From Eledone cirrhosa (Eukaryota): a stretch of DNA of 64,000 nt. Position numbers and translations under genes: made by a program. This document shows, piece after piece, positions 29,399 through 45,700 of the stretch. The notes below the pieces were generated by a model, which did not search any database, was not told the DNA's origin, and saw only the letters and a list, made by a program, of their open reading frames with translations. The DNA lies in contig OZ024741.1 of the NCBI GenBank assembly GCA_964016885.1, forward strand, positions 398,226,001-398,290,000, read 5' to 3'. Every line of letters starts with the position of its first letter. Position 1 is the stretch's first letter.

Positions 29399-30785
29399 AT
29401 GTCAGTGTGTCTCCTTAGCAATACTGGAACAAAAGGGTTAATATTACAGAATGGCAGTGTGTTTTTATAGCAATACTAGAACAAAAGGGTTAATATTACA
29501 GAATGGCAGTGTGTCTTCTTCGTAATACTGGAACAAAAGGGTTAATATTACAGAATGGCAGTGTGTCTCCTTAGCAATACTGGAACAAAAGGGTTAATAT
29601 CACAGAATGACAGTGTGTCTCCTTAGCAATACTAGAACAAAAGGGTTAATATTACAGAATGACAGTGTGTCTCTTTAACAATACTGGAACAAAAGGGTTA
29701 ATATTACAGAATGACAGTGTGTCTCCTTAGCAATACTAGAACAAAAGGGTTAATATTACAGAATGGCAGTGTGTCTCCTTAGCAATACTGGAACAAAAGG
29801 GTTAATATTACAGAATGTCAGTGTGTCTCCTTAGCAATACTGGAACAAAAGGGTTAATATTACAGAATGGCAGTGTGTTTTTATAGCAATACTAGAACAA
29901 AAGGGTTAATATTACAGAATGGCAGTGTGTCTCCTTCGCAATACTGGAACAAAAGGGTTAATATTACAGAATGACAGTGTGTCTGCTTAGCAATATGGGA
30001 ACAAAAGGGTTAATATTACAGAATGAAAAAGTGTCTCCTTAGCAATACTGGAACAAAAGGGTTAATATTAGAGAATGGCAGTGTGTTTTTATAGCAATAC
30101 TAGAACAAAAGGGTTAATATTACAGAATGGCAGTGTGTTTTTATAGCAATACTAGAACAAAAGGGTTAATATTACAGAATGGCAGTGTGTCTCCTTCGCA
30201 ATACTGGAACAAAAGGGTTAATATTACAGAATGACAGTATGTCTCCTTAGCAATACTGGAACAAAAGGGTTAATATTACAGAATGACAGTGTGTCTCCTT
30301 AGCAATACTAGAACAAAAGGGTTAATATTACAGAATGACAGTGTGTCTCTTTAACAATACTGGAACAAAAGGGTTAATATTACAGAATGACAGTGTGTCT
30401 CCTTAGCAATACTAGAACAAAAGGGTTAATATTACAGAATGACAGTGTGTCTCTTTAACAATACTGGAACAAAAGGGTTAATATTACAGAATGAAAGTGT
30501 GTCTATTTAACAATACTGGAACAAAAGGGTTAATATTACAGAATGGCAGTGTGTTTTTATAGCAATACTAGAACAAAAGGGTTAATATTACAGAATGTCA
30601 GTGTGTCTCCTTAGCAATACTGGAACAAAAGGGTTAATATTACAGAATGGCAGTGTGTCTCCTTAGCAATACTGGAACAAAAGGGTTAATATTACAGAAT
30701 GACAGTGTGTCTCCTTAGCAATACTGGAACAAAAGGGTTAATATTACAGAATGACGTTTTGTTTCCTTAGCAATACTGGAACAAA

Positions 30786-33700
30786 ATGATTAATATTACA
30801 TAATGGCAGTGTGTTTCCTTAGCAATACTGGAACAAAAGGGTTAATATTACAGAATGGCAGTGTGTCCTTAGCAATACTGGAACAAAAGGGTTAATATTA
30901 CAGAATGGCAGTGTGTTTCCTTAGCAATACTGGGACAAAAGGGTTAATATTACAGAATGGCAGTGTCTTTCCTTAGCAATACTGTAAGAAAAGGGTTAAT
31001 ATTACAGAATGACAGTGTGTTTCCTTAGCAATACTGGAACAAAAGGGTTAATATTACAGAATGACAGTGTGTCTCCTTAGCAATACGGAACAGAAGGGTT
31101 AATATTACAGAATGACAGTGTGTCTTCTTAGCAATACTGGAACAAAAGGGTTAATATTACAGAATGACAGTGTGTCTTCTTAGCAATACTGGAACAAAAG
31201 GGTTAATATTACAGAATGACAGTGTGTCTCCTTAGCAATACTGTAACAAAAGGGTTAATATTACAGAATGACAGTGTGTTTCCTTAGCAATACTGGAACA
31301 AAAGGGTTAATATTACAGAATGACAGTGTGTCTCCTTAGCAATACTGGAACGAAAGGGTTAATATTACAGAATGACAGTGTGTCTCCTTAGCAATACTGG
31401 AACAAAAGGGTTAATATTACAGAATGACAGTGTGTTTCCTTAGCAATACTGGAACAAAAGGGTTAATATTACAGAATGACAGTGTGCCTCCTTAGCAATA
31501 CTGTAACAAAAGGGTTAATATTACAGAATGACAGTGTGTCTCCTTAGCAATACTGGAACAAAAGGGTTAATATTACAGAATGACAGTGTGTCTCCTTAGC
31601 AATACTGGAACGAAAGGGTTAATATTACAGAATGGCAGTGTGTATCCTTAGCAATACTGGAACAAAAGGGTTAATATTACAGAATGGCAGTGTGTCTCCT
31701 TCGCAATACTGGAACAAAAGGGTTAATATTACAGAATGACAGTGTGTCTGCTTAGCAATATGGTAACAAAAGGGTTAATATTACAGAATGACAGTGTGTC
31801 TCCTTAGCAATACTGGAACAAAAGGGTTAATATTACAGAATGGCAGTGTGTCTCCTTCGCAATACTGGAACAAAAGGGTTAATATTACAGAATGACAGTG
31901 TGTCTGCTTAGCAATATGGGAACAAAAGGGTTAATATTACAGAATGACAGTGTGTCTCCTTAGCAATACTAGAACAAAAGGGTTAATATTACAGAATGAC
32001 AGTGTGTCTCTTTAACAATACTGGAACAAAAGGGTTAATATTACAGAATGGCAGTGTGTTTTTATAGCAATACTAGAACAAAAGGGTTAATATTACAGAA
32101 TGTCAGTGTGTCTCCTTAGCAATACTGGAACAAAAGGGTTAATATTACAGAATGACGTTTTGTTTCCTTAGCAATACTGGAACAAAAGGGTTAATATTAC
32201 AGAATGGCAGTGTGTCTCCTTAGCAATACTGGAACAAAAGGGTTAATATTACAGAATGACAGTGTGTCTCCTTAGCAAAACTAGAACAAAAGGGTTAATA
32301 TTACAGAATGGCAGTGTGTCTCCTTAGCAATACTGGAACAAAAGGGTTAATATTACAGAATGTCAGTGTGTCTCCTTAGCAATACTGGAACAAAAGGGTT
32401 AATATTACAGAATGGCAGTGTGTTTTTATAGCAATACTAGAACAAAAGGGTTAATATTACAGAATGGCAGTGTGTCTCCTTAGCAATACTGGAACAAAAG
32501 GGTTAATATCACAGAATGACAGTGTGTCTCCTTAGCAATACTAGAACAAAAGGGTTAATATTACAGAATGACAGTGTGTCTCTTTAACAATACTGGAACA
32601 AAAGGGTTAATATTACAGAATGACAGTGTGTCTCCTTAGCAATACTAGAACAAAAGGGTTAATATTACAGAATGGCAGTGTGTCTCCTTAGCAATACTGG
32701 AACAAAAGGGTTAATATTACAGAATGTCAGTGTGTCTCCTTAGCAATACTGGAACAAAAGGGTTAATATTACAGAATGGCAGTGTGTTTTTATAGCAATA
32801 CTAGAACAAAAGGGTTAATATTACAGAATGGCAGTGTGTCTCCTTCGCAATACTGGAACAAAAGGGTTAATATTACAGAATGACAGTGTGTCTGCTTAGC
32901 AATATGGGAACAAAAGGGTTAATATTACAGAATGAAAAAGTGTCTCCTTAGCAATACTGGAACAAAAGGGTTAATATTAGAGAATGGCAGTGTGTTTTTA
33001 TAGCAATACTAGAACAAAAGGGTTAATATTACAGAATGACAGTGTGTCTCTTTAACAATACTGGAACAAAAGGGTTAATATTACAGAATGACAGTGTGTC
33101 TCTTTAACAATACTGGAACAAAAGGGTTAATATTACAGAATGACAGTGTGTCTCCTTAGCAATACTAGAACAAAAGGGTTAATATTACAGAATGACAGTG
33201 TGTCTCTTTAACAATACTGGAACAAAAGGGTTAATATTACAGAATGAAAGTGTGTCTCCTTAGCAATACTGGAACAAAAGGGTTGATATTACAGAATGAC
33301 AGTGTGTCTCCTTAGCAATACTAGAACAAAAGGGTTAATATTACAGAATGACAGTGTGTCTATTTAACAATACTGGAACAAAAGGGTTAATATCACAGAA
33401 TGACAGTGTGTCTCCTTAGCAATACTAGAACAAAAGGGTTAATATTACAGAATGGCAGTGTGTCTCCTTAGCAATACTGGAACAAAAGGGTTAATATTAC
33501 AGAATGGCAGTGTGTTTTTATAGCAATACTAGAACAAAAGGGTTAATATTACAGAATGTCAGTGTGTCTCCTTAGCAATACTGGAACAAAAGGGTTAATA
33601 TTACAGAATGACGTTTTGTTTCCTTAGCAATACTGGAACAAAAGGGTTAATATTACAGAATGGCAGTGTGTCTCCTTAGCAATACTGGAACAAAAGGGTT

Positions 33701-36700
33701 AATATTACAGAATGACAGTGTGTCTCCTTAGCAAAACTAGAACAAAAGGGTTAATATTACAGAATGGCAGTGTGTCTCCTTAGCAATACTGGAACAAAAG
33801 GGTTAATATTACAGAATGTCAGTGTGTCTCCTTAGCAATACTGGAACAAAAGGGTTAATATTACAGAATGGCAGTGTGTTTTTATAGCAATACTAGAACA
33901 AAAGGGTTAATATTACAGAATGGCAGTGTGTCTTCTTCGTAATACTGGAACAAAAGGGTTAATATTACAGAATGGCAGTGTGTCTCCTTAGCAATACTGG
34001 AACAAAAGGGTTAATATCACAGAATGACAGTGTGTCTCCTTAGCAATACTAGAACAAAAGGGTTAATATTACAGAATGACAGTGTGTCTCTTTAACAATA
34101 CTGGAACAAAAGGGTTAATATTACAGAATGACAGTGTGTCTCCTTAGCAATACTAGAACAAAAGGGTTAATATTACAGAATGGCAGTGTGTCTCCTTAGC
34201 AATACTGGAACAAAAGGGTTAATATTACAGAATGTCAGTGTGTCTCCTTAGCAATACTGGAACAAAAGGGTTAATATTACAGAATGGCAGTGTGTTTTTA
34301 TAGCAATACTAGAACAAAAGGGTTAATATTACAGAATGGCAGTGTGTTTTTATAGCAATACTAGAACAAAAGGGTTAATATTACAGAATGGCAGTGTGTC
34401 TCCTTCGCAATACTGGAACAAAAGGGTTAATATTACAGAATGACAGTATGTCTCCTTAGCAATACTGGAACAAAAGGGTTAATATTACAGAATGACAGTG
34501 TGTCTCCTTAGCAATACTAGAACAAAAGGGTTAATATTACAGAATGACAGTGTGTCTCTTTAACAATACTGGAACAAAAGGGTTAATATTACAGAATGAC
34601 AGTGTGTCTCCTTAGCAATACTAGAACAAAAGGGTTAATATTACATAATGACAGTGTGTCTCTTTAACAATACTGGAACAAAAGGGTTAATATTACAGAA
34701 TGACAGTGTGTCTCCTTAGCAATACTAGAACAAAAGGGTTAATATTACAGAATGAAAGTGTGTCTCCTTAGCAATACTGGAACAAAAGGGTTGATATTAC
34801 AGAATGACAGTGTGTCTCCTTAGCAATACTAGAACAAAAGGGTTAATATTACAGAATGACAGTGTGTCTATTTAACAATACTGGAACAAAAGGGTTAATA
34901 TTACAGAATGGCAGTGTGTTTTTATAGCAATACTAGAACAAAAGGGTTAATATTACAGAATGTCAGTGTGTCTCCTTAGCAATACTGGAACAAAAGGGTT
35001 AATATTACAGAATGGCAGTGTGTCTCCTTAGCAATACTGGAACAAAAGGGTTAATATTACAGAATGACAGTGTGTCTCCTTAGCAATACTGGAACAAAAG
35101 GGTTAATATTACAGAATGACGTTTTGTTTCCTTAGCAATACTGGAACAAAATGATTAATATTACATAATGGCAGTGTGTTTCCTTAGCAATACTGGAACA
35201 AAAGGGTTAATATTACAGAATGGCAGTGTGTCCTTAGCAATACTGGAACAAAAGGGTTAATATTACAGAATGGCAGTGTGTTTCCTTAGCAATACTGGGA
35301 CAAAAGGGTTAATATTACAGAATGGCAGTGTCTTTCCTTAGCAATACTGTAAGAAAAGGGTTAATATTACAGAATGACAGTGTGTTTCCTTAGCAATACT
35401 GGAACAAAAGGGTTAATATTACAGAATGACAGTGTGTCTCCTTAGCAATACGGAACAGAAGGGTTAATATTACAGAATGACAGTGTGTCTTCTTAGCAAT
35501 ACTGGAACAAAAGGGTTAATATTACAGAATGACAGTGTGTCTTCTTAGCAATACTGGAACAAAAGGGTTAATATTACAGAATGACAGTGTGTCTCCTTAG
35601 CAATACTGTAACAAAAGGGTTAATATTACAGAATGACAGTGTGTTTCCTTAGCAATACTGGAACAAAAGGGTTAATATTACAGAATGACAGTGTGTCTCC
35701 TTAGCAATACTGGAACGAAAGGGTTAATATTACAGAATGACAGTGTGTCTCCTTAGCAATACTGGAACAAAAGGGTTAATATTACAGAATGACAGTGTGT
35801 TTCCTTAGCAATACTGGAACAAAAGGGTTAATATTACAGAATGACAGTGTGCCTCCTTAGCAATACTGTAACAAAAGGGTTAATATTACAGAATGACAGT
35901 GTGTCTCCTTAGCAATACTGGAACAAAAGGGTTAATATTACAGAATGACAGTGTGTCTCCTTAGCAATACTGGAACGAAAGGGTTAATATTACAGAATGG
36001 CAGTGTGTATCCTTAGCAATACTGGAACAAAAGGGTTAATATTACAGAATGGCAGTGTGTCTCCTTCGCAATACTGGAACAAAAGGGTTAATATTACAGA
36101 ATGACAGTGTGTCTGCTTAGCAATATGGGAACAAAAGGGTTAATATTACAGAATGAAAAAGTGTCTCCTTAGCAATACTGGAACAAAAGGGTTAATATTA
36201 GAGAATGGCAGTGTGTTTTTATAGCAATACTAGAACAAAAGGGTTAATATTACAGAATGACAGTGTGTCTCTTTAACAATACTGGAACAAAAGGGTTAAT
36301 ATTACAGAATGACAGTGTGTCTCTTTAACAATACTGGAACAAAAGGGTTAATATTACAGAATGACAGTGTGTCTCCTTAGCAATACTAGAACAAAAGGGT
36401 TAATATTACAGAATGACAGTGTGTCTCTTTAACAATACTGGAACAAAAGGGTTAATATTACAGAATGAAAGTGTGTCTCCTTAGCAATACTGGAACAAAA
36501 GGGTTGATATTACAGAATGACAGTGTGTCTCCTTAGCAATACTAGAACAAAAGGGTTAATATTACAGAATGACAGTGTGTCTATTTAACAATACTGGAAC
36601 AAAAGGGTTAATATCACAGAATGACAGTGTGTCTCCTTAGCAATACTAGAACAAAAGGGTTAATATTACATAATGGCAGTGTGTCTCCTTAGCAATACTG

Positions 36701-39700
36701 GAACAAAAGGGTTAATATTACAGAATGGCAGTGTGTTTTTATAGCAATACTAGAACAAAAGGGTTAATATTACAGAATGTCAGTGTGTCTCCTTAGCAAT
36801 ACTGGAACAAAAGGGTTAATATTACAGAATGACGTTTTGTTTCCTTAGCAATACTGGAACAAAAGGGTTAATATTACAGAATGGCAGTGTGTCTCCTTAG
36901 CAATACTGGAACAAAAGGGTTAATATTACAGAATGACAGTGTGTCTCCTTAGCAAAACTAGAACAAAAGGGTTAATATTACAGAATGGCAGTGTGTCTCC
37001 TTAGCAATACTGGAACAAAAGGGTTAATATTACAGAATGTCAGTGTGTCTCCTTAGCAATACTGGAACAAAAGGGTTAATATTACAGAATGGCAGTGTGT
37101 TTTTATAGCAATACTAGAACAAAAGGGTTAATATTACAGAATGGCAGTGTGTCTTCTTCGTAATACTGGAACAAAAGGGTTAATATTACAGAATGGCAGT
37201 GTGTCTCCTTAGCAATACTGGAACAAAAGGGTTAATATCACAGAATGACAGTGTGTCTCCTTAGCAATACTAGAACAAAAGGGTTAATATTACAGAATGA
37301 CAGTGTGTCTCTTTAACAATACTGGAACAAAAGGGTTAATATTACAGAATGACAGTGTGTCTCCTTAGCAATACTAGAACAAAAGGGTTAATATTACAGA
37401 ATGGCAGTGTGTCTCCTTAGCAATACTGGAACAAAAGGGTTAATATTACAGAATGTCAGTGTGTCTCCTTAGCAATACTGGAACAAAAGGGTTAATATTA
37501 CAGAATGGCAGTGTGTTTTTATAGCAATACTAGAACAAAAGGGTTAATATTACAGAATGGCAGTGTGTCTCCTTCGCAATACTGGAACAAAAGGGTTAAT
37601 ATTACAGAATGACAGTGTGTCTGCTTAGCAATATGGGAACAAAAGGGTTAATATTACAGAATGAAAAAGTGTCTCCTTAGCAATACTGGAACAAAAGGGT
37701 TAATATTAGAGAATGGCAGTGTGTTTTTATAGCAATACTAGAACAAAAGGGTTAATATTACAGAATGGCAGTGTGTTTTTATAGCAATACTAGAACAAAA
37801 GGGTTAATATTACAGAATGGCAGTGTGTCTCCTTCGCAATACTGGAACAAAAGGGTTAATATTACAGAATGACAGTATGTCTCCTTAGCAATACTGGAAC
37901 AAAAGGGTTAATATTACAGAATGACAGTGTGTCTCCTTAGCAATACTAGAACAAAAGGGTTAATATTACAGAATGACAGTGTGTCTCTTTAACAATACTG
38001 GAACAAAAGGGTTAATATTACAGAATGACAGTGTGTCTCCTTAGCAATACTAGAACAAAAGGGTTAATATTACAGAATGACAGTGTGTCTCTTTAACAAT
38101 ACTGGAACAAAAGGGTTAATATTACAGAATGAAAGTGTGTCTATTTAACAATACTGGAACAAAAGGGTTAATATTACAGAATGGCAGTGTGTTTTTATAG
38201 CAATACTAGAACAAAAGGGTTAATATTACAGAATGTCAGTGTGTCTCCTTAGCAATACTGGAACAAAAGGGTTAATATTACAGAATGGCAGTGTGTCTCC
38301 TTAGCAATACTGGAACAAAAGGGTTAATATTACAGAATGACAGTGTGTCTCCTTAGCAATACTGGAACAAAAGGGTTAATATTACAGAATGACGTTTTGT
38401 TTCCTTAGCAATACTGGAACAAAATGATTAATATTACATAATGGCAGTGTGTTTCCTTAGCAATACTGGAACAAAAGGGTTAATATTACAGAATGGCAGT
38501 GTGTCCTTAGCAATACTGGAACAAAAGGGTTAATATTACAGAATGGCAGTGTGTTTCCTTAGCAATACTGGGACAAAAGGGTTAATATTACAGAATGGCA
38601 GTGTCTTTCCTTAGCAATACTGTAAGAAAAGGGTTAATATTACAGAATGACAGTGTGTTTCCTTAGCAATACTGGAACAAAAGGGTTAATATTACAGAAT
38701 GACAGTGTGTCTCCTTAGCAATACGGAACAGAAGGGTTAATATTACAGAATGACAGTGTGTCTTCTTAGCAATACTGGAACAAAAGGGTTAATATTACAG
38801 AATGACAGTGTGTCTTCTTAGCAATACTGGAACAAAAGGGTTAATATTACAGAATGACAGTGTGTCTCCTTAGCAATACTGTAACAAAAGGGTTAATATT
38901 ACAGAATGACAGTGTGTTTCCTTAGCAATACTGGAACAAAAGGGTTAATATTACAGAATGACAGTGTGTCTCCTTAGCAATACTGGAACGAAAGGGTTAA
39001 TATTACAGAATGACAGTGTGTCTCCTTAGCAATACTGGAACAAAAGGGTTAATATTACAGAATGACAGTGTGTTTCCTTAGCAATACTGGAACAAAAGGG
39101 TTAATATTACAGAATGACAGTGTGCCTCCTTAGCAATACTGTAACAAAAGGGTTAATATTACAGAATGACAGTGTGTCTCCTTAGCAATACTGGAACAAA
39201 AGGGTTAATATTACAGAATGACAGTGTGTCTCCTTAGCAATACTGGAACGAAAGGGTTAATATTACAGAATGGCAGTGTGTATCCTTAGCAATACTGGAA
39301 CAAAAGGGTTAATATTACAGAATGGCAGTGTGTCTCCTTCGCAATACTGGAACAAAAGGGTTAATATTACAGAATGACAGTGTGTCTGCTTAGCAATATG
39401 GTAACAAAAGGGTTAATATTACAGAATGACAGTGTGTCTCCTTAGCAATACTGGAACAAAAGGGTTAATATTACAGAATGGCAGTGTGTCTCCTTCGCAA
39501 TACTGGAACAAAAGGGTTAATATTACAGAATGACAGTGTGTCTGCTTAGCAATATGGGAACAAAAGGGTTAATATTACAGAATGACAGTGTGTCTCCTTA
39601 GCAATACTAGAACAAAAGGGTTAATATTACAGAATGACAGTGTGTCTCTTTAACAATACTGGAACAAAAGGGTTAATATTACAGAATGGCAGTGTGTTTT

Positions 39701-42700
39701 TATAGCAATACTAGAACAAAAGGGTTAATATTACAGAATGTCAGTGTGTCTCCTTAGCAATACTGGAACAAAAGGGTTAATATTACAGAATGACGTTTTG
39801 TTTCCTTAGCAATACTGGAACAAAAGGGTTAATATTACAGAATGGCAGTGTGTCTCCTTAGCAATACTGGAACAAAAGGGTTAATATTACAGAATGACAG
39901 TGTGTCTCCTTAGCAAAACTAGAACAAAAGGGTTAATATTACAGAATGGCAGTGTGTCTCCTTAGCAATACTGGAACAAAAGGGTTAATATTACAGAATG
40001 TCAGTGTGTCTCCTTAGCAATACTGGAACAAAAGGGTTAATATTACAGAATGGCAGTGTGTTTTTATAGCAATACTAGAACAAAAGGGTTAATATTACAG
40101 AATGGCAGTGTGTCTCCTTAGCAATACTGGAACAAAAGGGTTAATATCACAGAATGACAGTGTGTCTCCTTAGCAATACTAGAACAAAAGGGTTAATATT
40201 ACAGAATGACAGTGTGTCTCTTTAACAATACTGGAACAAAAGGGTTAATATTACAGAATGACAGTGTGTCTCCTTAGCAATACTAGAACAAAAGGGTTAA
40301 TATTACAGAATGGCAGTGTGTCTCCTTAGCAATACTGGAACAAAAGGGTTAATATTACAGAATGTCAGTGTGTCTCCTTAGCAATACTGGAACAAAAGGG
40401 TTAATATTACAGAATGGCAGTGTGTTTTTATAGCAATACTAGAACAAAAGGGTTAATATTACAGAATGGCAGTGTGTCTCCTTCGCAATACTGGAACAAA
40501 AGGGTTAATATTACAGAATGACAGTGTGTCTGCTTAGCAATATGGGAACAAAAGGGTTAATATTACAGAATGAAAAAGTGTCTCCTTAGCAATACTGGAA
40601 CAAAAGGGTTAATATTAGAGAATGGCAGTGTGTTTTTATAGCAATACTAGAACAAAAGGGTTAATATTACAGAATGACAGTGTGTCTCTTTAACAATACT
40701 GGAACAAAAGGGTTAATATTACAGAATGACAGTGTGTCTCTTTAACAATACTGGAACAAAAGGGTTAATATTACAGAATGACAGTGTGTCTCCTTAGCAA
40801 TACTAGAACAAAAGGGTTAATATTACAGAATGACAGTGTGTCTCTTTAACAATACTGGAACAAAAGGGTTAATATTACAGAATGAAAGTGTGTCTCCTTA
40901 GCAATACTGGAACAAAAGGGTTGATATTACAGAATGACAGTGTGTCTCCTTAGCAATACTAGAACAAAAGGGTTAATATTACAGAATGACAGTGTGTCTA
41001 TTTAACAATACTGGAACAAAAGGGTTAATATCACAGAATGACAGTGTGTCTCCTTAGCAATACTAGAACAAAAGGGTTAATATTACAGAATGGCAGTGTG
41101 TCTCCTTAGCAATACTGGAACAAAAGGGTTAATATTACAGAATGGCAGTGTGTTTTTATAGCAATACTAGAACAAAAGGGTTAATATTACAGAATGTCAG
41201 TGTGTCTCCTTAGCAATACTGGAACAAAAGGGTTAATATTACAGAATGACGTTTTGTTTCCTTAGCAATACTGGAACAAAAGGGTTAATATTACAGAATG
41301 GCAGTGTGTCTCCTTAGCAATACTGGAACAAAAGGGTTAATATTACAGAATGACAGTGTGTCTCCTTAGCAAAACTAGAACAAAAGGGTTAATATTACAG
41401 AATGGCAGTGTGTCTCCTTAGCAATACTGGAACAAAAGGGTTAATATTACAGAATGTCAGTGTGTCTCCTTAGCAATACTGGAACAAAAGGGTTAATATT
41501 ACAGAATGGCAGTGTGTTTTTATAGCAATACTAGAACAAAAGGGTTAATATTACAGAATGGCAGTGTGTCTTCTTCGTAATACTGGAACAAAAGGGTTAA
41601 TATTACAGAATGGCAGTGTGTCTCCTTAGCAATACTGGAACAAAAGGGTTAATATCACAGAATGACAGTGTGTCTCCTTAGCAATACTAGAACAAAAGGG
41701 TTAATATTACAGAATGACAGTGTGTCTCTTTAACAATACTGGAACAAAAGGGTTAATATTACAGAATGACAGTGTGTCTCCTTAGCAATACTAGAACAAA
41801 AGGGTTAATATTACAGAATGGCAGTGTGTCTCCTTAGCAATACTGGAACAAAAGGGTTAATATTACAGAATGTCAGTGTGTCTCCTTAGCAATACTGGAA
41901 CAAAAGGGTTAATATTACAGAATGGCAGTGTGTTTTTATAGCAATACTAGAACAAAAGGGTTAATATTACAGAATGGCAGTGTGTTTTTATAGCAATACT
42001 AGAACAAAAGGGTTAATATTACAGAATGGCAGTGTGTCTCCTTCGCAATACTGGAACAAAAGGGTTAATATTACAGAATGACAGTATGTCTCCTTAGCAA
42101 TACTGGAACAAAAGGGTTAATATTACAGAATGACAGTGTGTCTCCTTAGCAATACTAGAACAAAAGGGTTAATATTACAGAATGACAGTGTGTCTCTTTA
42201 ACAATACTGGAACAAAAGGGTTAATATTACAGAATGACAGTGTGTCTCCTTAGCAATACTAGAACAAAAGGGTTAATATTACATAATGACAGTGTGTCTC
42301 TTTAACAATACTGGAACAAAAGGGTTAATATTACAGAATGACAGTGTGTCTCCTTAGCAATACTAGAACAAAAGGGTTAATATTACAGAATGAAAGTGTG
42401 TCTCCTTAGCAATACTGGAACAAAAGGGTTGATATTACAGAATGACAGTGTGTCTCCTTAGCAATACTAGAACAAAAGGGTTAATATTACAGAATGACAG
42501 TGTGTCTATTTAACAATACTGGAACAAAAGGGTTAATATTACAGAATGGCAGTGTGTTTTTATAGCAATACTAGAACAAAAGGGTTAATATTACAGAATG
42601 TCAGTGTGTCTCCTTAGCAATACTGGAACAAAAGGGTTAATATTACAGAATGGCAGTGTGTCTCCTTAGCAATACTGGAACAAAAGGGTTAATATTACAG

Positions 42701-45700
42701 AATGACAGTGTGTCTCCTTAGCAATACTGGAACAAAAGGGTTAATATTACAGAATGACGTTTTGTTTCCTTAGCAATACTGGAACAAAATGATTAATATT
42801 ACATAATGGCAGTGTGTTTCCTTAGCAATACTGGAACAAAAGGGTTAATATTACAGAATGGCAGTGTGTCCTTAGCAATACTGGAACAAAAGGGTTAATA
42901 TTACAGAATGGCAGTGTGTTTCCTTAGCAATACTGGGACAAAAGGGTTAATATTACAGAATGGCAGTGTCTTTCCTTAGCAATACTGTAAGAAAAGGGTT
43001 AATATTACAGAATGACAGTGTGTTTCCTTAGCAATACTGGAACAAAAGGGTTAATATTACAGAATGACAGTGTGTCTCCTTAGCAATACGGAACAGAAGG
43101 GTTAATATTACAGAATGACAGTGTGTCTTCTTAGCAATACTGGAACAAAAGGGTTAATATTACAGAATGACAGTGTGTCTTCTTAGCAATACTGGAACAA
43201 AAGGGTTAATATTACAGAATGACAGTGTGTCTCCTTAGCAATACTGTAACAAAAGGGTTAATATTACAGAATGACAGTGTGTTTCCTTAGCAATACTGGA
43301 ACAAAAGGGTTAATATTACAGAATGACAGTGTGTCTCCTTAGCAATACTGGAACGAAAGGGTTAATATTACAGAATGACAGTGTGTCTCCTTAGCAATAC
43401 TGGAACAAAAGGGTTAATATTACAGAATGACAGTGTGTTTCCTTAGCAATACTGGAACAAAAGGGTTAATATTACAGAATGACAGTGTGCCTCCTTAGCA
43501 ATACTGTAACAAAAGGGTTAATATTACAGAATGACAGTGTGTCTCCTTAGCAATACTGGAACAAAAGGGTTAATATTACAGAATGACAGTGTGTCTCCTT
43601 AGCAATACTGGAACGAAAGGGTTAATATTACAGAATGGCAGTGTGTATCCTTAGCAATACTGGAACAAAAGGGTTAATATTACAGAATGGCAGTGTGTCT
43701 CCTTCGCAATACTGGAACAAAAGGGTTAATATTACAGAATGACAGTGTGTCTGCTTAGCAATATGGTAACAAAAGGGTTAATATTACAGAATGACAGTGT
43801 GTCTCCTTAGCAATACTGGAACAAAAGGGTTAATATTACAGAATGGCAGTGTGTCTCCTTCGCAATACTGGAACAAAAGGGTTAATATTACAGAATGACA
43901 GTGTGTCTGCTTAGCAATATGGGAACAAAAGGGTTAATATTACAGAATGACAGTGTGTCTCCTTAGCAATACTAGAACAAAAGGGTTAATATTACAGAAT
44001 GACAGTGTGTCTCTTTAACAATACTGGAACAAAAGGGTTAATATTACAGAATGGCAGTGTGTTTTTATAGCAATACTAGAACAAAAGGGTTAATATTACA
44101 GAATGTCAGTGTGTCTCCTTAGCAATACTGGAACAAAAGGGTTAATATTACAGAATGACGTTTTGTTTCCTTAGCAATACTGGAACAAAAGGGTTAATAT
44201 TACAGAATGGCAGTGTGTCTCCTTAGCAATACTGGAACAAAAGGGTTAATATTACAGAATGACAGTGTGTCTCCTTAGCAAAACTAGAACAAAAGGGTTA
44301 ATATTACAGAATGGCAGTGTGTCTCCTTAGCAATACTGGAACAAAAGGGTTAATATTACAGAATGTCAGTGTGTCTCCTTAGCAATACTGGAACAAAAGG
44401 GTTAATATTACAGAATGGCAGTGTGTTTTTATAGCAATACTAGAACAAAAGGGTTAATATTACAGAATGGCAGTGTGTCTCCTTAGCAATACTGGAACAA
44501 AAGGGTTAATATCACAGAATGACAGTGTGTCTCCTTAGCAATACTAGAACAAAAGGGTTAATATTACAGAATGACAGTGTGTCTCTTTAACAATACTGGA
44601 ACAAAAGGGTTAATATTACAGAATGACAGTGTGTCTCCTTAGCAATACTAGAACAAAAGGGTTAATATTACAGAATGGCAGTGTGTCTCCTTAGCAATAC
44701 TGGAACAAAAGGGTTAATATTACAGAATGTCAGTGTGTCTCCTTAGCAATACTGGAACAAAAGGGTTAATATTACAGAATGGCAGTGTGTTTTTATAGCA
44801 ATACTAGAACAAAAGGGTTAATATTACAGAATGGCAGTGTGTCTCCTTCGCAATACTGGAACAAAAGGGTTAATATTACAGAATGACAGTGTGTCTGCTT
44901 AGCAATATGGGAACAAAAGGGTTAATATTACAGAATGAAAAAGTGTCTCCTTAGCAATACTGGAACAAAAGGGTTAATATTAGAGAATGGCAGTGTGTTT
45001 TTATAGCAATACTAGAACAAAAGGGTTAATATTACAGAATGACAGTGTGTCTCTTTAACAATACTGGAACAAAAGGGTTAATATTACAGAATGACAGTGT
45101 GTCTCTTTAACAATACTGGAACAAAAGGGTTAATATTACAGAATGACAGTGTGTCTCCTTAGCAATACTAGAACAAAAGGGTTAATATTACAGAATGACA
45201 GTGTGTCTCTTTAACAATACTGGAACAAAAGGGTTAATATTACAGAATGAAAGTGTGTCTCCTTAGCAATACTGGAACAAAAGGGTTGATATTACAGAAT
45301 GACAGTGTGTCTCCTTAGCAATACTAGAACAAAAGGGTTAATATTACAGAATGACAGTGTGTCTATTTAACAATACTGGAACAAAAGGGTTAATATCACA
45401 GAATGACAGTGTGTCTCCTTAGCAATACTAGAACAAAAGGGTTAATATTACAGAATGGCAGTGTGTCTCCTTAGCAATACTGGAACAAAAGGGTTAATAT
45501 TACAGAATGGCAGTGTGTTTTTATAGCAATACTAGAACAAAAGGGTTAATATTACAGAATGTCAGTGTGTCTCCTTAGCAATACTGGAACAAAAGGGTTA
45601 ATATTACAGAATGACGTTTTGTTTCCTTAGCAATACTGGAACAAAAGGGTTAATATTACAGAATGGCAGTGTGTCTCCTTAGCAATACTGGAACAAAAGG